Source of the DNA: Haplodiscus bocki | Taxonomy: Eukaryota | NCBI GenBank assembly: GCA_965655095.1 | Contig: OZ296648.1 | Location: 189,906,001 to 189,970,000 of the forward strand | Length of the DNA: 64,000 nt | Direction: 5' to 3' | Shown here: positions 40,301 to 53,645 of the stretch, piece after piece | Position numbering within the stretch: position 1 is the stretch's first letter | Layout: every line of letters begins with the position of its first letter | Program-made: the position numbers and the translations under genes | Notes under the pieces: model-generated | What the model was told of the DNA's origin: nothing | Database searches by the model: none | Seen by the model: the letters and a program-made list of their open reading frames with translations, nothing else

Positions 40301-41639
40301 CAACAAGCATCCAAGCGATCCAGTTTGGGCTTCTAGTGGAAGTAGAAGTTTTTTCGCAACGGACCAGTTTAAAATGAAAGCTGTAAAAAAATGAAAAAGC
40401 CGTAGTTTTTGCTTCTTTGAAACTTCTATCAAATGAAGAGAGAGCTAAAGAAGCTGTTAAACAAGTTGATCTGGGTTTGAAGATTTTTTCCATTTTTACC
40501 CAGAAGAAGAACAAACTGCTCTACTTGCTGTCGGGGAACGAGGCATCGCTTCAAATTTCTAAAAGATAAATTTGGAAAAAAGGATGATGCTTTGTTAGAA
40601 GCAATCAAACAAAGCAGAGAATAATTTTACGTTATTTCGCTCCATTTTTCAAAAATCAACTCCTGGACAGTCCTGAAGAAACGTGTTGATTATGAATCAA
40701 ACAAACATAAATTGAAAACAGTCTCGATAGATCAAGCCTGAAAGATGTGAACGTGTTGGTTCAATAAACAATAAAAAAGAACAACTGAAACAAGGAGCAG
40801 GGATTTTTTTGTGTTTTTTGAGAGTATTTTCTGTTCAGTTTTTTAGAGAAAAAGTCTTCTTATTATAAGACTCCTAAGTTAAAACAATAAAGCAATTGCT
40901 AATGAAAACAGTTTGGGAGTTAATGTTGTGAAATACTGAACAAGAAGAGAAAACCTAAAAACAAACAATCTTTAAAGCTTTAGATTTATATAATTGTAAG
41001 AAAGGACTTTCGCACAGTGAACCTCCTAGAGCCTGTGATACCAATTTAATTGCTGAAAATGAAACTTAGGGGAAAACTCTTTTTGAGACCGGGAATGATA
41101 GGATCTGTTTGTCCTTATAACTAAAATTATTTACCTTGAAGTCTTTTTTAATTCTTTCAGAGTTTTTACTTTTTAGGAAAACACCTTTGTTTTTTGATTG
41201 TGTTCAATTTATAAAGGTTGTTATACGACTATTTCTTCAAGTTTTCAATTATTTATTTTATCTTTAAATACAATCGATATCCAAATCTGACGTAGTTCTA
41301 TGCTGTAGGAATTGTCTAAGACCTATGTTTTGACACTTTCCCTTTCTTTTCAGCTTAGGGTATTCCAGTTCCGCTTCGCTGAATTTAAGGATTTTTTCAG
41401 CTGAGCTAAAACGAATGAATTAGGATCGGCAGATTTTAATTTATTATTTCTTGCAATTTTTTTACTGGATTCATTATTGATAGAGTCTTTAAAAATACAG
41501 GTTGAAATTTTTTTCGCGAAAATAGGTAAAACGAAACAGTAAAAAGTTTTATCGATTGTCAAACCTGAAAAAACTGTTAGACAAATTGTAAAATCATGAA
41601 GAGGAGAACTTGATAATAAAACCTTAATGAACCACGAAA

Positions 41640-42120
41640 AATGGGAGATAAAACAAAAAAGATGTAAACTCCTGTGTTGCAGAAAGGAAAACACCCTCAT
41701 CCACAGAATTTAAATCAAAACAAACTGCTCTTCGCCATCCTAAATCTACTGTACACAACACAGATGAAAAGAAAAGATAACACTTTGAGTCTATCGCAAA
41801 AAAAGATGTTGTAAATACAGCCTATCGTGACGGAAATTTCAGAGGAAACGAACATATTTAAAAAAAAGATAAAAACCAGTTAACTGAAAACCGAAAACAA
41901 CCTGCTACTGGTGGTTAAAGTCATTTTAAGGAAAGCTAAAACGATTTCAAGGTGGGTCGTTCAGAGGGTTTTTTAAGCAGTCGACTAAGTTACAGTTTGA
42001 ACAATATAGTGAAATAGAAAAAGCTATCAGAGCAACAACACGGGTTCTCTATGGTGATAGGATTATTTGATAAATATGGAGATCTCAACGTATATTTTGA
42101 ATGACAGTTTAAGTTCAAGC
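41640..42120 (+). pseudogene. Relic Polinton hypothetical gene outside the left TIR
   Basis: VHNTDEKKR*HFESIAKKDVVNTAYRDG and KAIRATTRVLYG..LFD match VHDTYKKDEKISTNFEPVHNEDVINKAYLDEK and RAVKTTIQILYGEGIFD of the gene at 55390-55819. Confidence 0.55.
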
Positions 42121-42316
42121 AGTAGTTGAACAATTGACTGAAATAATGAATATCGTTTTTGGAGACTACTTGCGAAGAGTAAGTTACTTTTATTTACAAA
42201 AGAAAAACAACGACAGCTAAATTTCAGCAGTTATTAACTTCTTTTCTGAAACTCAGTCACTAAAGCCCAAAGTGTCTAACACGTGTGATACGAAAGTCTT
42301 AGCCGTGATAATTCTC

Positions 42317-42510
42317 AGTAGTGTACAAAACAGAATATGACGCCAAAAGCCGCGGACGCAACGGAGGGGGTACCTAATTTACACTCCCCCTTTACCACCT
42401 TTAAAATTTAAAAAAAGTATACTACATCAATGGGGTGCATAGGTATGAAAAATTGATTCTATAAAAATATTTTTTCCTTGATGTATCAAGGGGGGTACAC
42501 AGGAAAGAAA
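42317..42510 (+). repeat. Polinton left TIR
   Basis: Inverted match to ~61235-61428; first ~160 bp highly similar. Confidence 0.93.
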
Positions 42511-42639
42511 ATTTAATTTTTTTATTTTTGTTAAAGTGTTCGCTCCTTGTCTTCTGACATCATATTCTGTTTTATACACTACTATAGCGTGAAATTATAA
42601 GATTATGTTGAAAAAGAAATAAATTTGAAAATATGAAAC

Positions 42640-43109
42640 CACATACAATTTTTAATCCATTTCTGACATGCAAAACGAAAAGGATTATTTCTATCATTGC
42701 AAAAATTGTCTACATACTTTCGATTTTGTGCGTTTACTCAAAAAAATTGTCTATGACACATCGGTATTTGAGACTTTACATAAAAACTTATGTTTGTATA
42801 TCGTAAATGTGAGTGAAATTTTATTGTTAATTTGTTTATTTGATTAAACATAAACCCATTTTGTCTAGCAAGTGTTAATTTTTTATTTAATTCTTACAAA
42901 TTCATGCTTTCACCACTAATTGTCAAATTAAATATTTCATTACTACTAATATTTGTAAGTTTAATATCATAGATACATTCATATTTAAAATTCTGAAAAT
43001 AGCTATTATGACAATCTCTAAAACATTTATCTATTATAGAATCCATTTCAGTATTGATCGGCTCATCGAATTTATATTCTTTTACAACATGTATATCGTT
43101 CTCGTTCAC
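42640..43109 (-). pseudogene. Polinton hypothetical gene (family A)
   Basis: HVVKEYKFDEP...LTIKF...PMCHRQFF...FCNDRNNPFRFACQKW with in-frame stops; paralogous to the ORFs at 56790-58820. Confidence 0.6.
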
Positions 43110-43146
43110 TTATTTGGAACAAATTTATTGAAATAAAAAATCTTTT

Positions 43147-46100
43147 TCAATAAAAATCATAGTTTTCAATTCCAGGTTTACTCTCAGTTTCATTTAAATA
43201 ACATCGTTTATCATCGAATATAGATAGTGTCAATTTTTTTATTTCTTCAAGATGCATTTCATGGTTAATTGAACGAAGAATATAATTTTTACATTCTGTT
43301 TGATATTCTTCAGCATCTAAACATTTTTTAAATTCTTCAAATTTAATATTCTTTGATTGTGATTTAGAAATACCTTTTATTTTATTTTTATTTTCATTTT
43401 TATCGTTACATTTAAACGAATTAGCCTTTGATCTTAAACAAACGAATTCGTCTATCCAAATATTTTTAGGTGTTTCTCTTTTGAACTTACTAATTACTTT
43501 TTTGTTTTTTTTTCACTAAATAGTTCATGATTTTCATCTAAGTTACTGAAATCGAATATAACTTCTAAATTTTTGAAATCTTTGATAATGTCTTTTATTT
43601 TCAAAATCAATATCATAACATCCGTATCGATATAATGTAATTGTAAAATTTCCTGCCCAAAATATGGTTGTGATATATCATAATAGGTTGCATAGATGTG
43701 TAGCTTACTCAATTCTAAAATAGCAAAACCAACATATATAGCTTTATCCATAACTACTTCATTCATTTTGAATGTGTAACTATAATAGTTTTCAGATGAT
43801 TTTTGAATACCATTGAACGTTAATTTTGATTGTTGTTTAGTATTATTTTTAATATCATCTTTTTTAATTAATTCTAATCTCAAACGATTGCGAATATTTT
43901 CTAAAGTTTCACCAAAAGCAGCATTAACAAGTAATTTAAAGAAGTCTTCCTCAAAATCGTTTTTAGCTTTGTTTCGGTTTTTTTTTGTTTTAAAAGTAAT
44001 TTATTTTTCTAACCACCTACTCTGTTTAAATGAAGTAATTTCATGAATTTTCGCAACTACCATACCATGTCTTAGATGAAATTTTAACATCCTATATTTA
44101 ATCAGATTTTTCTTTTTATCAGTCCAATCACATATTAACTTTTTAGATTTTGTATAATTCTTAGGTTTTATTTTTTCAAATAAGTATTATATTTATCAGG
44201 ATTAATTTTTTTTATTCTCTGGACAGAATGGAAAATTCTTTGTTTTCCTTTTTATGCTATCTTGATATTTCAAATCAACTGCCAAAAAATAAGCAATTTG
44301 GTTATCGTCCGGTGTATTTAATATCTCTTCTAACCAATTCATATAATGATCCGGATGACCATGCCACATCTCGACTTCATCATAAATTAACATTTGAGAC
44401 ATTGAGTGACCATATAATTTAGTAGCATCCATATTTATTATCTTTTTATTTTCATCTGATTTCACATATCTGTCACCCATAACTGAGCTTATGCCTCCTC
44501 GTATAATATTCTCTAATAACAAAATCAAATCTTTATCTTGAAGGGTTTGTAATTTGATATCAGTATATTTCAAAGCACATTGATAAGTTTAGCCAGGTAG
44601 ACTTACACAGTTTAGAGGATTAATACCATACTCTTCAGAAGATACTTTAACGAATTTTTGATAACAACAGCTAATAAAATATCATTCTTTTTACAATGCA
44701 ATTTAGTTAATTCTTCTCCATTTTTAATATCAAACAATTTAAAAATTTCTTTTGTTCGTTCTATTTCGTCATCGTCAGGACATTTGATGTTTATTTTACT
44801 GAAGAAGTCTTCTCTCTTTAACTTATCAACAGGTTTTTGATAGTCATCAATAGTATTGAAATATTGACATGGGTATGCTAATTTTTTATTTAAATATTGC
44901 CATTTATCTGGAAATTCTTTTCTGAAAATTTTGAAATCATCCACAACTAAAATTTTCACTAAATTATCTAAACTCTCTGATACGAAACGATAGCTCTCAA
45001 AAAATCTGATGCAACCATAAGTCAGAGAAATATATTCTTCGTCTGTTTTAGGAATAATTTTAATTTTTACTTTATCATTTTTTAAATCAATTAATCTCTT
45101 AAAGAACATATGGCAATCGTAATTACTAAAATTATGAAATGCAAGTGGTATAAAACAACTATATTTCTGTTTAACGTTTATTTTACAAGTGTTATGAGCC
45201 GGTCCTCTGTATTTACCTGTTAAGTGATAATGATCTCTAACTTTATCAGAAACAATTTCTTTTTCACAAAATCTACAAATATTGTTTTTTCTACAATCTT
45301 CTTCATCATCCTAGGCCATAACGATACCTTTCTTTGTATTTTTAAAATGGAAAGCCATTTTATTTTCTAATTTTATTACTTGATTAATATACCAATCTAC
45401 GTTATTATATTCTGAAGGAGATTCGTGATAGCTACTTTCTAAATTATCTTCCAATTCAGATATTATATAATAAGCATTTTATACAGGATTTTGCTTGTAA
45501 ATATTGGTTGTTTCATTACCTACACTAGACCCATCGACCTCATTGTCAGCTTCGAAATCAGCAATAATCCTAAAATATAATGGATTCTTATGAAAATGTT
45601 TTTCTTCCAATAAGGATGCGATTCATTCGATGTTCTGATAGTACATATAATATCATCTCCACATTTTTCTCTATGATTTAATAAAGCGTTTCCATTTGTA
45701 TAAGATTTTAAGCAGCGTCTACATACAAAATATTTGTTGTGGTTTCCCTAAAAGTACATGTATTTTTTTAATGAGAGCATAATGATTTTTACAGATTAAT
45801 AAGTCAATAACATTATCTGATTCATTTTTGCTATTTTCTATAGGTATTAACTTATGTTTCCAATTGGTCTCATCTTGATAAAAGTTTGATTCATATATAC
45901 TTACAGATAAATTATTTATTTCATTAAATTTGTGAACATCACTACATATAAAATCATTTGTGAAGTTGAACCCTTGAATGTTTAATTCATTAAAATATTG
46001 TAAATAATTTTTAACTCCTGCTGGATGAGTAATATTACTAGAGTGAAGATGGCTAAAGTTGACCAAAGAAACAATATTTATCATTATTTCCTATATTTAA

Positions 46101-46850
46101 GATAGCGTTTGATCTTCAAGGAATTTTAACATAAGAAGTACCGTTTAATTTTCCAGTTTTATAAATTGATATTTTCATTGAATTAATTTTATCAAATAAC
46201 CATCCAGATTCTTGAGTCTCTTGTATCTGAATTTTGTGTTCTAATTGAGATCTGACGTCAACGTTATCAATAACAGATTCTGTTAAAATATGATTGATTT
46301 TTAAGTTTATTTTTAATTCAATTTCATTATTTCTTTGATCTTCTTCAATAATCTTGTAAAAGTTTGCTGAAAATAATGTGTGATATTTATATTTATTTTG
46401 ATTTATTAATCTAGCATAAATAACAGAAAATTCTTTTATGATTTTATTAATATATCTTAATTCAATTCCAAATTCTCGCAATCTAGGTGTATTTGTCAAA
46501 ATAGAATTTGCATGATTAATATTATGACTTTCTAAAAAAGTTTTGAAACCTGTTTTTAAATTTTTATCATTGAAATAATATGGATTATTCATCTTTTCAG
46601 CTAATTCTTTATCTAGTTCTTTATCAGTCATTTTAATATTTTTTCTAGCTATCTGTTTTAATGTTTTAAGGTTATATAATTTTTTAACTTCGTTTTTAAT
46701 AGGTGCTTGCTCTTCTTCAAATAACCATTCTGGTATAATCATTTCATTTTGTAATATATTCTCTAAATGTTTTTCGCTTCTCAAATGTTTTACAATTGAT
46801 GCGCTATGATTATTAACATTACAAATGTAACATGTGCGGCTGTTTTCCAT
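43147..46850 (-). pseudogene. Protein-primed family B DNA polymerase (pPolB) with N-terminal C2H2 finger and endonuclease VII-like insert
   Basis: Fragments show CYICN...HLRSEKH, VRDHYHLTGKYRGPAHNTC, FHNFSNYDCH (exonuclease), RGGIS, DATKLYGHSM (motif A), KLLVNAAFG (motif B), YIDTD (motif C), KGIS and DDKR. Multiple frameshifts and stops. Confidence 0.93.
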
Positions 46851-46918
46851 TTTGTGTCTATTTAAATAGGATTATTTTTTTGAAATAAAAACACTTCAAA
46901 CAAAAATATAAAAAATAA

Positions 46919-47170
46919 ATGAAGAGTAAAAATTGCACTCAATGTTTTATTGAAAAACACATCAACAGTTCTTACAAACGATATTCAGAATGCAAAAAGT
47001 GTATTAACAAAAGAGGTATAAAACGTTACTATGATAATAAAGATAAAATATCAATTCAACAAAAAAGATATTGTGAAAAAAAAGAGATAAACTATTACAG
47101 AAACAAAACGACAACAGAAATAAAAGAAACACAGACTTTAGAGAATGACATAGATCCTATGTTGAATTAA
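46919..47170 (+). CDS. Small CxxC-CxxC zinc-ribbon protein (probably frameshifted at the 3' end)
   Basis: CTQC...CKKC followed by a basic helix; TAAATG start. Confidence 0.55.
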   Translation: MKSKNCTQCFIEKHINSSYKRYSECKKCINKRGIKRYYDNKDKISIQQKRYCEKKEINYYRNKTTTEIKETQTLENDIDPMLN

Positions 47171-47317
47171 AAATTAAATTAAAAGCATTAGAAGAAAAAG
47201 TAAAGAAGGAATAAGTATAATCACACATATTAATATATGTATACACTATAAATACTCATATAATTGTATGTATACAATTATAATTACTCATAAACATGTA
47301 TGTGTACACAAATATAA

Positions 47318-48166
47318 ATGACTCAGAAAAATATAAGAAAATCCAAAAACGAAATTTATTCTAAACCACCAAAAGTTTTTAGTACAAACAAAACAGATGT
47401 TTATCATATTGATGACATTTGGAGTTTAGATATATTAGACCTCAAAGATTACGGTCCTGAAAACAATAGAGGATACAGATACGTTTTAGTTATCAGAGAC
47501 AAATTCAATAAGTATGGTTTTACAACACCTCTCAAAAGTAAAAATGCTCAAACAATCAAAGTCTCCTTCGAAAACATTATTATAAATTCAAAAAGAAAAC
47601 CAAATTTAATCGAAAGCGATGGTGGTAAAGAATTTTATAACAGTATATTTCAAGAGTTCCTAAATTTAAACAACATCAAACTTTATTCGAGAAATATTGA
47701 TTTAGGAGCTGTTTTTGCGGATAGATTTAATCGTACTATTAGAGATCTTCTTAAAAGACCTGTTTTTGAAAAAGGTGATGCTAAAAGGACTGATATATTA
47801 CCTACAGTAACGAAACAATATAATAATCGAGTACACACTTCAACAAAATTATCTCCAAAAGATGCTTCTTTAAAAAAGAACGAAGAATATGTTAACAGAA
47901 ATTTAATCGATAAACGAAAGAAAGTCAAACCAAAATATGAAATAGGTAATTTAGTTAGAACAGCGGATTTAAAGAAAACGTTCTCTAAAGGTGATACGAC
48001 TAATTTGTCTAATAATTTGTATCAAAATACAGAAATAATTAATGATACAACACCAAGTTGTAAAATTGATAATTTAAAAGCAAGATTTAACGAATCGTTA
48101 TTAAAAAAGACAGAGCTAACAATGAAAGAAAAAGATAATGTAATGAAAAAATTAAAAATTACTTAG
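47318..48166 (+). CDS. Retroviral-type (rve) integrase of the Polinton
   Basis: WSLDILD, YRYVLVIRDKF, IESDGGKEF, ADRFNRTI, YNNRVH, GNLVR and FSKG motifs; open 282-aa ORF. Confidence 0.92.
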   Translation: MTQKNIRKSKNEIYSKPPKVFSTNKTDVYHIDDIWSLDILDLKDYGPENNRGYRYVLVIRDKFNKYGFTTPLKSKNAQTIKVSFENIIINSKRKPNLIESDGGKEFYNSIFQEFLNLNNIKLYSRNIDLGAVFADRFNRTIRDLLKRPVFEKGDAKRTDILPTVTKQYNNRVHTSTKLSPKDASLKKNEEYVNRNLIDKRKKVKPKYEIGNLVRTADLKKTFSKGDTTNLSNNLYQNTEIINDTTPSCKIDNLKARFNESLLKKTELTMKEKDNVMKKLKIT

Positions 48167-49413
48167 TTCAAATCAAACATTCGTTGACTGTCTGAACTTA
48201 TACTTATTAATCTGTTCGTTAAAACTAAAGCATAACCATATATTCCTGCATGAGAGACTCCATCAAATTTAAATTCTACTTTTTTTGGTTGAGAACTTTG
48301 GGAATTTTTCTGATAACGTATATCGAAAGCGTATATATTATAAACAATATCATTATCATCATTAGAAGATCTAAAATCATTTTCAGATATATCTGGTTGA
48401 AAAATGTTATCTTTTCTAAAAGCTTTAAAAGCTTCTTTAATTTGACCATATCCCTGTGAATGATTATCATCGTTATAATTTAATAAAATATTACTATCAG
48501 GATACTTTTCTGTTCCGATTATAACTTGAGCACTAATAATAGGAAGTCCAACAAAAGTGTCGTTGTTTATTTTTTGATCGTGTTGTCTATCATTTTGTTG
48601 AAAACCTACATAAATCCATATACGGACATCAACACTTTCTTGGGTTCCTAATTCAAAAGTCCACAAATTCTGTGTATTTACTTCCTTCATAAAAACACTT
48701 CTTTCTGGATAATGAAGGTTTGTAGGAGTTTTCTTCATAATCTGATTCATTAAATTACCATATTTTTCAAGATTTGCTGTATAATGTGGTACATACCAAT
48801 CGAGACTATTAATTTAATTTTTACCATTGTTGGTTGCGTTAGCTTTATTCAAAACAGCTTTGTCACTATTTCTTGTCAATGTCAGTCGGTAACCGAACCC
48901 AAAACTAGCTTTTTCTTGGTGTTCTGCAATTCCAAAAATTTCTTTCAAATAGATTCGAACATGATATCAACCTTTTATTGTTTTGTTATTAGTTAACTCA
49001 CGTTTTCTTCTATCACGACTACGATGGAAGCCAAGAGAAAAATCTTCGTTATCTTTACTCGATGTTAGTAACTTTTACATTAAAGGAACAGTATGAGCAT
49101 GACTGATTTCTTCTAAATGTTTTCCACTGCTTGTTGTTAACTTATTTTTACTAAATAAAGCTATTGGTCCCAAATTAAACAATCTAATATCATTAGCATC
49201 TACGTATCTGCTATTAGTCGCGGCTTGTAATACATCAAAAGTTAATTCAAGATAACTATTTAACAAAGAAATAACGGAATCATCTCTAGGTATATTAATA
49301 TATAATTGAATAATAGCGGTGTTTATTGTACTTATTTCTGCCGGTGAGCATCGTATATAATCAAATTTCAGTATTTTTCTATCAATTTCATGTTTTTCAT
49401 TCAGTTTAAACAT
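48163..49413 (-). pseudogene. Major capsid protein (double jelly-roll)
   Basis: Single frame with in-frame stops: LLNSYLELTFDV, IYLKEIFG.AE, LTLTRN, LDWYVPHY, IYVGFQQ, IGTEKYPD, YAFDIRYQ; typical Polinton MCP pattern. Confidence 0.75.
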
Positions 49414-49509
49414 TTATTTTTAAAAAATGTATACATACAAATATATTTGTGAGCACATTTATAAGAGTAATTGTACATAGTTTTATTGGTGTAATAGATT
49501 ACATTTGAT

Positions 49510-50330
49510 TAAAAGTTGCTTATGTTGTTTCTTATATATGCAATTGTATTCCAAGAGTTTATCTACTATAGCAACAATTTCACCGTTAATTATATTAGAA
49601 TTTTTTCCGGCATGCTTTTTTGTAGTAATAATTTTAATTTATCACAAAGTTCATTAGGATCAGATGATAAAAATGTTGTTTTTGAAACACCCGAAGCCAT
49701 GATAGCTGGTGATTTAAGTAATTTTATCATAGGTTTGTCTCTGTTACGTTTTCGTCCGTTCTGGTTAAAATCAAATTTCATTTCTTTTCCAAACTCGTAT
49801 ATTGATTTCTGATTTTTTGGTTTAGCATGGTTAACATTGAAATAATAAGTTGTCATTGTTTCTAAAAGATCTCCATCTAATATAAAAGATTTATTACTAT
49901 CTCTAAAAATTAACATATTGCTATATAGACTAACTGATATACCACCATTTATCAAAAAATCATTCATCCCAATTGAATTTTGATCTTTTATTAGTTTATA
50001 TTGACTTTTGTTTTCAGGTTTAAAAAGATAAACTAAAGAGGAAGCTAAACATGGTGCTATCATACCCTTATCATTCATCAATTCTAAAACCTTTTCGTTC
50101 AAATTCTCGATTGCTTTGTTGTTATTAATAGAACTTACCGTTATAGTTTTTTCTATATTTTCAGAGGTATTTTCAATTACCTTAGTCATTGGTTCAAATA
50201 CTTTCTTCGTATATTCATGAAACTTCTGTGTACCAAGCTTATCTTGTAACCTGATAACTGTTACTTGATTTTGTAAAGAGACTAATTCGTTTAGTTTTTG
50301 TAAATCTTCTACGTTTCCAGTTGGATACAA
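49510..50330 (-). pseudogene. Conserved Polinton hypothetical protein
   Basis: KVFEPMT near the N-terminus; C-terminal FLSSDPNELCDKLKLLLQ [frameshift] KHAGKNSNIINGEIVAIVDKLLEY, a motif common in Maverick ORFs. Confidence 0.65.
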
Positions 50331-50395
50331 TATTTAAAAGAATATGAATGTGTTTGTTTACGGAAAATGTGAATGTCATCTACTCTTATATGTTT

Positions 50396-51200
50396 TCAAA
50401 AAGGTTCAGTTTCGAGAAAACAATCAATATATGTGGTTTTGCTCTCGTTGAAAATACAAAATTTGCCTTCATTTTTATTTTTACTCATATCAATACATAG
50501 ATAGTTAATTTTTCCACTCCATGCAACTCGACACATTTCCTTAAATTCATCATATATCATATCAAAAGCTCCGATATCATAATACATACTTTGAACATCT
50601 CTTAATGTTTGTTTATACAGTATTAATCTATCACTGTTACTTCTAATGCTTTGTCTCGGTAAACCGAAATAGCTTTGACTAATATAATAAGCGGCTACAT
50701 CTTCATGTATTCCTCTGGTAAAAAATTCATCTATTTGAGAACTGTTTGGAACTCCTAACATATGATCGAAAATAACAACAAATCCTTTGTATTTGTTTAT
50801 TGGTTTAATTTCATCGCTTGTTTTATAAGTAGGATATTGGTTTGGTGATGGAGTTATTATGTGAATAGATTTTTTTACCTGTTTTTCCAGATAATTTGAG
50901 CATGTAATAGGTTTTACTTACGTTGCTAGGGCCGATAACGACATGGCGACGGTTTGCGTATGTTAAAACATTAGGGTTGTTGTCTTTGTTATTATTAATT
51001 TTTAGTTTCTTTTTATTGTTATCGTTTTCAATATTTGGTTGTTGATAGGAAGTATTATTTTTATTTGGGGCTAATGTGTAAATATTGTTTTGTTTTATAT
51101 TTTGTTTATAACAGGTTTTACAAACAGTTCTATCTTCCTTTTTTTATAGCTATGTTATTTATATCATGTTACATGCTCTACAATTCCGATTCATTTAATA
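50396..51200 (-). pseudogene. A32-type (FtsK-HerA) DNA packaging ATPase
   Basis: Walker A HVVIGPSNVSKT (~50900-50945), Walker B VVIFDHM, FTRGIH, ISQSYF.LP..IRSN. An upstream CxxC-CxxC segment; frameshifted. Confidence 0.85.
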
Positions 51201-51400
51201 AACAGAACAGTTCACATTAAACAGAACAGTTCACATTAAATAGAACAGTTCACATTAAACAGAACAGTTCACAGTAAGCAAAACAGAACAGATCAGAAAA
51301 GTTCACATTAAACAGAACGGTTAATAACAGTTAATAACAGATCAGAACAGTTAAAAACTAGTTATAACAAAACAGAATAGTTTGTTTCAACATCGAACAG
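51197..51400. repeat. 19-bp microarray TTAAACAGAACAGTTCACA and variants
   Basis: About 5 full and several partial copies. Confidence 0.85.
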
Positions 51401-51544
51401 TTATTAACTATTTGTAACCACAGAACACTTTACAATGAACAAATCAGTTAATATTAAACATAAAGGTTTTTTTTTAACTTTTAGGTTGAAATTTTAATTT
51501 ATTATGACTAAAAAAGTTCAATTTTATTTTTTTATTGAAATTTA

Positions 51545-52073
51545 TGAAAACGAATCATTTTTGTTTTCATCAACATATTTAGTAAAGATATTACATAAAC
51601 TTTCATATTCATTTTTATCAATTATGTTATCTTGCAATGATTTTCTGTAAATAATTTATCGAAAGATGTAATTGTTTGTTGATCTCGTTCATATTGTTTT
51701 TTGTATTTATTGTCTTTGTTTATGATTAGCTCATAAATTACTTTTTTACCGATGGATACTCCACATGCTGTTGCAGTTGATATTGGTATCCTTATCAAAC
51801 CGATTCCCGCAAGACTCAAAGTAATAGAACTCGATGTCGTGGCAATAATAAGAAATGTATCAAATGATTTTAGTATTGTAGTTATTGTTTTATGTTTTTT
51901 ATAATTCTTTTTCGATTCGTTGTTTTTGTCTTTGAAGTAGGTAATCATTTCTTTAATGGCATTGATATGGTTATTAAAACTGTTAACATCATTTTTTTCT
52001 AATCTTTGTTTTAAATCAATATTTTTATTTTCAAATGGTGCTTAGGGATATAATCTTTCTGTTTTTTTTCCAT
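51545..52073 (-). pseudogene. Polinton hypothetical protein with hydrophobic (membrane-like) segment
   Basis: ORF 51622..51948 contains FLIIATTSSSITLSLAGIGLIRIPISTATACGVSIG; TAAATG start at 52073; frameshifted. Confidence 0.55.
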
Positions 52074-52086
52074 TTATATAGCATAA

Positions 52087-52486
52087 TTCAAACAAATTTA
52101 CCCAGGTAAAAGTCTTTGGCTGTATTATAAAAAGTTATCAATTCTACTAATTATGATAAAGCCTGTTTGGAATTTCGAGAAGCAGCTGCTGTAGCTATTT
52201 TTGCTGTTAAATATTAGGCTCGTCCTGGGTTACTTATTGCGGTTTTTGCCATCTTTTTTGATACATTTAGTCGTTTTTTACCTAAATTCTTAAAGAAATC
52301 ACCGAAACCTTCCGCTTTTATTGTATTATCAGAAACTGCCATAGATTTTTTTCTATTACAAATTGAACAATTACCGATTAACACTTCACTGCCTTTACCT
52401 GTTATACTACCATAAGTGTTTTTTGTACCAGACGTGTGTCTACCACCAACACAATAAATTATCGTTTCAAATTTATCGAAGGTCAT
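52087..52486 (-). pseudogene. Small basic virion-core-like protein (Zn ribbon plus amphipathic GFGDFFKNLGKK helix)
   Basis: YCVGGRH...CSICNRKK followed by EGFGDFFKNLGKK; the frame continues past stops to ~52087. Confidence 0.55.
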
Positions 52487-52544
52487 TTATTACACAAGTA
52501 AATACAATTATATGTAAACATGTTATGTTAAATTTTATTCATTT

Positions 52545-53629
52545 GTAATGTAAATGTTAATGTTTCACTATTAAAATTAACTTCTTCGTTATTATTATCT
52601 TCTAAATAAAATGTTATAGTATTCAAAACAGTTTTATTTATTTTTCATATTGTATTGTTTCGGGCTCGCAAAACACTTTATATCCAGCTGGTTTATCTCA
52701 AACAAAAACTAAACAGAATTGAATGTCTTACTCCATCTTGAGTACTACCATCAATGACATCACATTTTAAATGAACTTTATTTATTGTATATAAATTTAA
52801 AACTTTATCAATAACGTATACACTCGGAAAATCGGAATGAAAAGGGTTTGTTGGTTTATAAGACCAAAATGGTGTAAAACCTAATAAAGTATGAAAACAA
52901 GATTTCTCATCAAATCTCAACGTTCCAAAATCACTACCAAAACGAGTTAAAATAAGTTTGGTTTTCTTGTTTAAATAATCATATTCAATTTGTAAGGTTC
53001 CTTTGTGGTCACCAAGAAGATAAATAGCTTCCTGAAGATCTTCAATAGTATAATTAGCAGGATCTAATTCATTGGTAACAAAATCTGCAGTGTATTGTTT
53101 TGAAATCAATTGAATATCATTTTCATCTAAACCAACTACACTTCTAAGATAACCTTCAAAATCTCGAAAAGGAGATCTAGCATAAGCCATTAAGAAAAAA
53201 ATATAACCATCAGTACTTGATTTTTCTGATCGTAATTCCCAATAGGATTTATTTATACGTGGTCCCATTGTTTCATGTTCTAATAGATCGTCTGTAATGT
53301 TTGGAGTTTAAAGGATTTCTTCAAGTTCATTTTTTAACTGTTCAAATGAAAATTCATCAAAAGTGTCTGTATAAAGTTCGAATTTGTTGTTTTCTATTGT
53401 TAAATTGAAAAAAAGATGTATACTTCTAAATCTACTAATTCAATCATGCAATCTTTTTTACTTTGAATTGGTGATTTTGAATGAAATGATTCTCTTGGTT
53501 TGATCATTTTGAATTCGAGGGTTTCTTGTGGTTTTCGATGGGTCTGTTTAATAAGAGTTTCCTAATTTTTAGCAATGGACAATAGTAAATCTTCTGTTTC
53601 ATTTTTAGGTCTAATCATATTCAGGTTCA
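52545..53629 (-). pseudogene. Minor capsid (penton)-like protein, copy 2
   Basis: KPQETLEFKM at the N-terminus; LLGF, KVHLKCDVIDGS..DGVR..ILFSF and ITFYLEDNNNEEVNF at the C-terminus. Confidence 0.7.
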
Positions 53630-53645
53630 TTCAAAACTATGAATA

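Noticed and set aside
39880-40570. Possible C-terminal relic of another DNA transposase (LKLLSNEERAKEAVK)
   Set aside because: Single weak motif and no termini identified.
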